Below the pieces are notes generated by a model that was given only the letters and a program-made list of their open reading frames with translations, was not told the origin of the DNA and searched no databases. From the NCBI RefSeq assembly GCF_006345805.1, contig NW_021825264.1, positions 1 to 16,124 of the forward strand: DNA of 16,124 nt, read 5' to 3'. The translations under genes and the position numbers were made by a program. This DNA comes from Octopus sinensis. Taxonomy: Eukaryota. Positions 9,428-16,124 of this stretch are shown piece after piece; positions within the stretch are counted from its first letter, which is position 1; every line of letters begins with the position of its first letter.

Positions 9428-9740
9428 AAGGGAGGTAACTTTTGAAGATTTTTAGTTGTCTCCCTTTCTAGAGTTACTCCCCTTGAATATTATAATTTAT
9501 CAATAGTTAATAGTAATTTAATTAAATTTAAGGGAAGTAACTCTGGAAGATTTTAAAGTTATCTTCCTTCGTAGAGTTACTTACCTTGCATATTTATTTA
9601 ATAATAATATGCAAGGGGGAGTAACTCTAGAAAGGGAAATAATTAAAAAATCTTCCAGAGTGACCTCCCTTAGATCTAATAAAATTATTTTTACGTATTA
9701 TTAAATTATAATATTCAAGGGAAGTAACTCTAGAAAAGGA
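9428..9740. repeat. Modular foldback palindrome with seven alternating AAGGGRAGTAACTCT-like motifs
   Basis: Motifs at 9428(+), 9470(-), 9530(+), 9573(-), 9612(+), 9657(-), 9716(+). Arms 9461-9594 and 9606-9740 are reverse complements by eye. Confidence 0.85.
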
Positions 9741-9754
9741 AATAGGTACAAAAT

Positions 9755-9840
9755 TTAGGGTTAAGGTTGGGGTTAGGGTTTAAGGTTAAGGGTTTAGGGT
9801 TAGGGTTAGTGTTTAAGGTTAGGGGTTGGGGTTAAGGGTT
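9755..9840 (+). repeat. Degenerate interstitial telomeric repeat (TTAGGG and variants), G-rich on +
   Basis: TTAGGG, TTAAGG, TTGGGG and TTTAGGG units directly visible. Confidence 0.85.
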
Positions 9841-9990
9841 CTTCAAGAGCTGCACTTAATGTTGCGTGTGTCCGTGTTTCTGGGTCGCAATTTTTGAACC
9901 ATTCGTAAAGCATCAGGTAGACTTGTTTTACAGCGTCAATAGACTCATCATCAATTTTCAGTTCAGTTGTATCAACTCCTAAAAAAATAG
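9839..9990 (-). pseudogene. Truncated exon encoding the C-terminal half of a death-domain-like fold
   Basis: Phase-1 acceptors TTTCGCAG| (exon start 9990) and TTTTTTTAG| (start 9978) are in the same frame. Translation AIFLGVDTTELKIDDESIDAVKQVYLMLYEWFKNCDPETRTHATLSAALEE fits the death-domain pattern LG..I....Q.Y.ML..W......T...L..AL. It runs straight into the telomeric tract with no convincing donor. Confidence 0.6.
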
Positions 9991-10310
9991 CTGCGAAATA
10001 CGCAACAATAAGAAATAAATGCAACAACCTTAACAATATTAACAATAATATAAAAGATGTGTGTTGTTATAAACATAACAAAGAAACTATTTCAAGAGAG
10101 AAATATAAAAAATAGCTAAGAAACAAGAAAACTATAAGACATTGTTATTTATATCTTTATAAATCCGAGTAAAATTACATAATGGATTTTAAAAACAGAA
10201 AAAATGAAATAAAATTTATGTTCCTGAAACAAAAAAGTGAAACAGAATGTATACTCATACGTGTGTGTATTGTGTCGATGTATATATAATAAAAAAACAG
10301 TCTATATATT

Positions 10311-10331
10311 TATACTGGCGACAAGTGCGAG
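10311..10331 (+). pseudogene. Displaced 3' end of the EGF exon (YTGDKCE)
   Basis: TAT ACT GGC GAC AAG TGC GAG completes the minus-strand EGF at 10732-10820 in frame with canonical Cys5-x8-Cys6 spacing. Confidence 0.55.
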
Positions 10332-10574
10332 TGTCATAGCTTATTATACATTGATTCGTATATGGCTTCCTTTATTGAATTCTAATTTAGAAAGATTGAA
10401 ATCAATTCACTATTCACGAGTGAGTTCATATTCTTATGTATATGTACATATAAACACATTAAACAAGAAAGAATGTCTTTATGTATTGTCATGCGTGTGT
10501 TTATATGTGTGTGCGTGTGTTATATTAGTTCTCAACAAGACATATTGGTACAAGGTTATCAAGGTAACAATGTC

Positions 10575-10576
<2 letters not shown>

Positions 10577-10634
<58 letters not shown>

Positions 10635-10647
10635 TTATTATTATTAC
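10577..10647. repeat. (ATT)n microsatellite
   Basis: More than 20 near-perfect units visible. Confidence 0.95.
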
Positions 10648-10730
10648 GTTCTGAGTTCAAATTCCGCCGAGGGGTCCTACCGGGGTCGATTAAATAAGTA
10701 CCAGTTACTCGCTGGGGTCGATGTAATCGA
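10645..10730 (+). mobile_element. SINE fragment (same family as 1220-1372)
   Basis: TTACGTTCTGAGTTCAAATTCCGCCGAGG..GGGGTCGATTAAATAAGTACCAGTTAC..GGGGTCGATGTAATCGA. Confidence 0.75.
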
Positions 10731-10820
10731 ATTCTGGTTTGCACGCACAACGGTAGGAACCTAGGAAATTCTGACATATGGCACCATAACGACAAGGATT
10801 CCTTAAACACTCGTTGATGT
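10731..10820 (-). pseudogene. Calcium-binding EGF-like domain exon, broken after Cys5
   Basis: Acceptor CATTTTTCAG| in phase 1, typical of EGF modules. Translation (D)[29 protein letters not shown] has the DINEC start and the C-x-N-x4-Y-x-C-x-C motif. Confidence 0.85.
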
Positions 10821-10897
10821 CTGAAAAATGAAACCGAAATTTTATTATTTTCAAAATTATTTGAAGCAAAGAAAGAGTATTTCAATGGAAATTGAGC

Positions 10898-11197
10898 CCT
10901 AACTCTACCCCTAACCCCTAACCCGAACCCCTTCTGTAACACTGAACCCCCGAGACCACTTCTGTGACCACCCGAGACCCCATCTGTGACCCCACTTCTA
11001 GAGACTAACCCAAACCCCTGACCATGTGAGCCCCTCATCCCTGTGACAAGCGAGACCCCTTCCTGTGCCCAACCAATTCCGGAGACCCCACCAATTCCCG
11101 AGACCCCACCAATTCCGGAGACCCCACCAATTCCCGAGACCCCACCAATTCCCGAGACTAACCCTAACCCTAACCCTAACCCTAACCCTAACCCTAA
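10898..11197 (-). repeat. Telomeric-repeat / minisatellite composite, G-rich on -
   Basis: CCCTAA variants at 10898-10930, degenerate CCGAGACC..CTGTGAC units, an 18-mer CCAATTCC(G/C)GAGACCCCA x4.8 at 11073-11158, and perfect (CCCTAA)6 at 11162-11197. Confidence 0.9.
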
Positions 11198-11620
11198 GCG
11201 TGCAGAACGCTTTCATCGCTCTGCGCACATGTCGGGTAGGTCGGTCAGAGAGCACTTCCGTGCTTGTAGAGTTTATCTCGAACCGGCAGTGCCTCCCGAT
11301 AGCACTGCAAAGCACGGGACTTCTAGGAGTTATCCATCGTCCCCATCTTGAAAGTCCTCCTCAACAGACTGGTTAGTTCAATTTTGTCAATGCCTAGCGT
11401 CTCTCCAAGTGCTTCATCGCACTTTCCCTACACTAACCCTCCATAGAACTCAAGAGTGGACTTTCCACTGATCCTTGACCCAGGACTGCAGCTTACTCAA
11501 GGAGATGAGCCGTGGAAAAGCCTGTTTGACAAACGATGACCACACTTGTTCACCGTTTACGCAGAATGTTTGGAGATGCCGCAGCCCCAGTGCATGTCTT
11601 CCACAGCATGCCCAGTGTTC
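11198..11620 (-). mobile_element. Decayed Tx1-like (L1 group) LINE ORF2 C-terminal fragment including the zf-RVT region
   Basis: Manual translation: HALGLRHLQTFCVNGEQVWSSFVKQAFPRL..EFYGGLV*GKCDEALGETLG..QCYREALPVRDKLYKHG..CAQSDESVLHA. Homologous to the 14235-15300 copy. Confidence 0.75.
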
Positions 11621-11679
11621 CGGAAATCGGAAAGCGAAAGCACAAAGACGTAAATTGGAAAAGGGAAAAGTAAAACAGT

Positions 11680-11860
11680 CTTTAAGAGTTCTCCATGTTA
11701 GACCTTGAATTATAAGGCTAAAAAGATATCAAAAATCTAATCAAGAAGAGACGGAATTTTCCAGATCTTCAAAATATATTTATACTTGACAACGACTGAA
11801 AATTCCTGACCTAGAGTCCAATAGAGAATTAAGCATCTTAGATCTGAACAGGATATGCAC
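11680..11860 (+). mobile_element. Possible highly decayed CR1/L2-like 3' ORF remnant
   Basis: Weak resemblance across frames (HVRP..KDI..QRLKIPDLES..ILDL) to the CR1/L2 C-terminal YVRPxLEY..ERLKxLxLxSL..DL. Could be chance. Confidence 0.25.
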
Positions 11861-12462
11861 TCTTTCAGCTAAACAAAGCATATATTTATTCGATCCATTC
11901 ACATAAATTATGGATTCTCAATTACTTCCCATCCAGTCACATGTGGTGTTTCGTTTTCTTCCAAACTTAGCCAGTTTCGTAGCTTTACTTTTGTCCTATG
12001 TCGGAAGGGGATTATGTGATTGGCATAACGACTTTTAAATTCACCTTAAATAAGCGAAAGAATAAAAGAATAAAAGAAAATGTGTGTGTGTACATGCATA
12101 CAAAAATACACCCACATACGCACGGATATGTACATAAGCGCGCACACACACACATATAGGCGTATGCATTTATTGTTTCGGTAAGTTGTGTCCACGAGAA
12201 AGACACTTCCAGTGCTCTCATCTGAGAAGCACCAGCATTAACCAGGGGTTAACATTGCGACAGACTGGTATCCTGTGAGTTGTATCCTTGTGTGTTGAAA
12301 TACGTTCGATACCGAGATATACTGGGGGCCTAATGAGCCTGTAGATCAGGCAGAGAATTTAGCTTAGAAAATACTTTAATGTAGACATTTAGGCATGCGC
12401 AGTTAAGTGTTTCTGTAACGTTTATGGAGTGAAAGTCGATATGAATATGACAAAAAAAGAAA

Positions 12463-12545
12463 TACCGTATTTTCCGGTGTATAAGCCGCTATTTTTTACC
12501 TGGGAAATTTAGTGTGCCTCTTAGAGAAAGGTGCGCCTAATGTGT
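12463..12545 (+). mobile_element. Solo left TIR of a Tc1/mariner-pogo (Tc2-like) DNA transposon
   Basis: TA|CCGTATTTTCCGGTGTATAAGCCGC plus downstream GGTGCGCCTAAT resembles Tc2/pogo termini as recalled. No partner TIR seen in the window. Confidence 0.55.
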
Positions 12546-12831
12546 GTATCTTTTTTTATAAGTTCCAGGAGGAAAATTATTTGTTAGGGAGATCGAATAA
12601 TTCCACTGATTTTTTCAGAGAAAAGGTCGGTCGATGAAAGACTATTGCTACAGTACATTGGTGCCTGGAAGAAAACAATGCACATTTGTTTTGTTTTACC
12701 TTCATGTTTTGATAAGGTTTTTTTTATCCAATAAAGAATTTAATATTGACGGAATGTAAAACAAGTGTCAACCTGACAATCGACAAGTGAACACATTCCA
12801 AATAGCTAATATGTGTGTGTGTCTATGTACG

Positions 12832-12837
12832 CATATA

Positions 12838-12924
<87 letters not shown>

Positions 12925-12934
12925 CACACACAGA

Positions 12935-12968
<34 letters not shown>
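12832..12968. repeat. Long (TA)n microsatellite
   Basis: Directly visible. Other (TA)n tracts are at 7117-7196, 7280-7360, 13950-14018, 15303-15357 and 15955-16124. Confidence 0.95.
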
Positions 12969-12970
<2 letters not shown>

Positions 12971-13480
12971 CATATGCAATACATATGAAATATCCAAAAT
13001 TGCATTTACAAATGCATAATATATACATACAAGCTCTTACATACATACATGCAAACACACACACATATACGCACAATATATATACATATAAACTCCTACA
13101 TTAATACACAGTATTAAAAACATTAAGTAGTCAGCATATATATATAGATACCCACAGAAATATAAATATATATAACACGCATCCCAAATTTATTCCAAGT
13201 ATTATGATCAATCGATTAAGATTGTTAGTAGTACAAAAAATCGGGTCGGTATTTTTCTTAGTATTTCACTTTTGTTAATTATTGTTTGAAGCCGAGAAGG
13301 GTCAAATGACATTAGAGACGGTTGAAAAGCAAAAATTTGAAGTGATTTCGCATCTGTTCGTAAAAGTTAGTGAATGTTTATATATATATATATGTGCGCA
13401 TATATATATATTGCGTCATTTGTTTTATTTACCATACATTTTTTCATTCAAGTAGCGGAACACAACGCACACAATAATGC

Positions 13481-13557
<77 letters not shown>

Positions 13558-13559
13558 GA

Positions 13560-13938
13560 TTGGCGTCTTTATTTCTCATTATATGAATGCGATATGAAAA
13601 GTTTGCGTCAGCAGTCAAAGATGGGCGTTGATAGTGGAAGAGTGTAAATAAGAGAGGGGAAAGAAAGTGATAGAAAGAGAGAGGGAGGGTGGGAGAAAGA
13701 AGAGGTAGTGGGTTTTGTGTGTGTATGTGTGTGTGTATATGCGTAACTGTATGAGACTGTTTGCCTCCGCGGAACTGAAATTAACTTGAAATAATCTAAG
13801 TATTATTTTACAAATTGTGATATCTCTGCGTGTGTGTGTATATGTATGTATATATATACCACACGACACACACAGTTATCAGAATTATATATACGTATAT
13901 ATTCATGTATATGTATATATCTATATACACACACACAC

Positions 13939-14020
<82 letters not shown>
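13560..14020 (+). repeat. Older duplication unit, copy 1 (paralogous to 15357-16124)
   Basis: TGGCGTCTTTATTTCT..TCAGCAG, AGTGGAAGAGTGTAAAT, AACTTGAAATAATCTA..ATTGTGATATCT and CACACAGTTATCAGAATTATATATACGTAT all recur in order at 15357-16070. Confidence 0.85.
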
Positions 14021-14021
<1 letters not shown>

Positions 14022-14234
14022 ATACATTTATGCACAGTTTGGTGTGTGTGTGCCGAATCACTGAAATCTGAAATATTAGAAGAAATTTACCAAAAACTTT
14101 CAACCATGATATGTGTATATGTCCTGGTGTGTGTTTGTGTTGTGTGTAATGTGTGTGTGTGATGCAATGAGATACATAACAATGCCTAAGTGTTTCTTTA
14201 ATATAAAACTGAAGTGAATATTAATGATAATGTT

Positions 14235-15300
14235 AAATGACATAATTTTTCTGTGAAGGAGGTTTAGTCTTCAATGATTTCAGTCTCATCCACCACTGTA
14301 CTTCTTTAGCCACCGGGCAGAAGAAACTGCTTTTCATTCCCGACCAAAAGAAGGTGGCGGGGCGATCTTTACAATGAACTCGGCTCGTAAACTGGACGGA
14401 TGAGTGCATGGAGGACTACTTCATCGCCCTGCTTACAACCCAAACATATCCGTCCGACAACACTTTCGTATCTGTAGAGCTTGTCTTGAATCGGCAGAGC
14501 TCCCCGGTAGCGCTGCCAGGTCAGGGATTCCTGGAAGTTAATGACCAGTTAGTTGATTCCCTCCCCCTTCCCCCCCCCTTCGTCGTTGTTCTTTCCCCTC
14601 TACTAATCCCCTATAGAAATCCATGGTGGAACTTTCAACGCCCGCGTTGCCCGACTGGCAGAAAGCTGTGAGAGCTTGCCGACACACGCTTCACTCAGTA
14701 CTGTAGCTTCATCAGTGAGACGAGCTGCGGAAACTCCCGTTTGACAAACAGTCAATCCCCCATGCTCACCGTTAAAGAAACGCAGGAGATGTTCGCAGTC
14801 TCAGCGCATGTCTGCGAATCATTAGCAACGGCATGTACAGTACTCCACTGAGAGGTTGTTGACAGCAGATAGAACGTCTGATGTGCGGAACACGTCCCTT
14901 CTTTAGAAAGCGGAATAACAAACGCTCTAACTTTATCGGGCATGGGACAACATTCAGGCAGTCATAGATGAGGGAAGCGATGTACGCATTCGCCACCTCG
15001 ACTCGACCCTTCACGAACAGCTTCCTCTCTGCCAATTTCTGGGTGAGATCGACTATCCTGTCCGTCACCTCCTAGCCGTTGTTGTCCACCTCGGAGTCTA
15101 GAGCAGACCAGACCCCAAACAGTTTAACCTTTCCGTTTAGCGCCCTACAAACTGTCGGTTGGTATGGGTCTGCCTCTCCATCTGCCGAGTTGCAGGCCCA
15201 CCGACATCTCTTGGATAAGCTTTGCTCCTATCAACGCTTCGTGGACAGTATTATGATGACGTAGTCCGTGTTAGCTGATACAAACATTCCACATCCTAAG
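14235..15300 (-). mobile_element. Decayed Tx1-like LINE ORF2 fragment (RT C-terminus to zf-RVT)
   Basis: Degenerate YADD region (VSANTDYV), SVGLQLGRWRG, VKLFGVW, ERKLFVKGRVEVAN, RRHALRLR, DFYRGLVEG, YRGALPIQDKLYR, VAKEVQWWMRLK. Many stops and indels. Confidence 0.85.
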
Positions 15301-15356
15301 ACATATATATATATATATATAGTATATATATATATATCTATATATATATATATATA

Positions 15357-15984
15357 TGGCATCTGTATTTCTAATTTTATTATTTCGATTTGAAAAGTTG
15401 CACTCAGCAGTTTTTGATGATGGCGGAGGAATTGTAAGAGTTAAAAGGAGAGAGGGAGAGAGGGAGTGATAGAAGAGAGAGAGATGAGAAAGAAGATGAG
15501 GTAGGTTGATGTGTACGATTGTGAGTGTGTGCGTGTGTGTGTTTTTGTGTGTGATGCAATTAGATACTAGTGGAAGAGTGTAAATGAGAGAGGGGAAAGA
15601 AAGTAATAGAAAGAGATGGAGTGAGAGAGGGAGAAAGAAGAGGGAGAGGGTTTTGTGTGTATGTGTGTGTGTGCGTGTATGTGTTTGTGTGATGCTATTA
15701 GCTACTTAACCATGCTCTAAGCAGTTAGTGGGAAGGATACATGTCAATTCCCTTCATTTACTCGGTATACCCTTCTTCTTCCCCAGATTAGCATTCCAGC
15801 AGTAATGGAGAAATAAAATTGTGTCACTGTCTGCTTGTGTTGTGTGTATGTATATGTGTGTGTATGTATATGTGTGTGTATAAGCGTAACTGTAACTGAG
15901 AGTAACTTGAAATAATCTAGGTACTATTTTACAATTGTGATATCTGTGTGTGTGTATATATATGTATATATATATAATATATAT

Positions 15985-16019
<35 letters not shown>

Positions 16020-16072
16020 GAACACGCACACACAGTTATCAGAATTATATATACGTATGTATCATGTATATG

Positions 16073-16110
<38 letters not shown>

Positions 16111-16124
16111 CATATATATATATA
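15357..16124 (+). repeat. Older duplication unit, copy 2, with an internal extra GA/GT unit and an unrelated insert
   Basis: Matches 13560-14020. The GA-tract+GT-tract+GATGC(A/T)ATTAG unit is tandemly repeated (15415-15567, 15568-15705). The segment at about 15706-15830 has no counterpart in copy 1. Confidence 0.8.

Noticed and set aside
9428-9740. Repeat-spacer pattern superficially like a CRISPR array
   Set aside because: Repeats alternate in orientation, spacers are mutually homologous and AT-rich, there are no cas genes, and the context is eukaryotic.
9991-10045. Hydrophobic N-terminus of ORF 9806-10045 resembling a signal peptide or TM helix
   Set aside because: It is the T-rich polypyrimidine tract upstream of the splice acceptors read in frame.
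10160-10240. Strong minus-strand acceptor CTTTTTTGTTTCAG|GAAC at 10223 as the missing TM/death-domain exon
   Set aside because: Downstream sequence is AT-rich, with early stops or no recognisable motif in all phases.
9755-11197. Telomere-capped mini-chromosome or excised linear element
   Set aside because: Polarity is wrong: a capped fragment would have CCCTAA on the left and TTAGGG on the right, the opposite of what is seen.
11043-11376. PIPETP/NPNPNP repeat proteins
   Set aside because: Translation of the 18-bp minisatellite and (CCCTAA)n; no splice or start context.
12045-12080. AAAGAATAAAAGAATAAAAG resembling a SINE tail
   Set aside because: No recognisable SINE body upstream; too short to call.
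12768-14162. YIYIYI ORFs (also 1265-1492, 6880-7199, 15754-16029)
   Set aside because: Stop-free (TA)n tracts.
15740-15830. Minus-strand frame QFYFSITAGMLIWGRRR resembling a TM end
   Set aside because: Too short and polar for a TM helix; no acceptor or supporting context.

Overview
Eukaryotic, repeat-dense DNA, most likely an Octopus/coleoid cephalopod intron-like or pseudogene region. The organism is inferred from recalled octopus tRNA-derived SINE sequences and the (TA)n/(CA)n load, and is not verified. No intact host gene is present. (1) A full-length RTE-clade LINE on the minus strand (1541-5585) has an APE-RT-zinc finger ORF broken by about 6 small lesions. It is flanked by a long target-site duplication and starts exactly at a sequence that folds as an HDV-like self-cleaving ribozyme with a large J1/2 insert and essentially no P4. 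(2) A ~1.1 kb tandem duplication (405-1540 / 6165-7290) carries a SINE-tail palindrome. (3) A 5'-truncated CR1-type LINE lies at 7361-9080. (4) A rearranged block (9428-11197) holds a modular foldback palindrome, two oppositely oriented telomeric-repeat tracts, a truncated death-domain-like exon, and a calcium-binding EGF exon whose last 7 codons lie on the opposite strand 400 bp away. (5) There are also two decayed Tx1-like LINE fragments, a solo Tc2/pogo-like TIR and an older duplication near the end. Most ORFs in the supplied track are microsatellite or antisense artefacts. All alignments and folds were done by eye.
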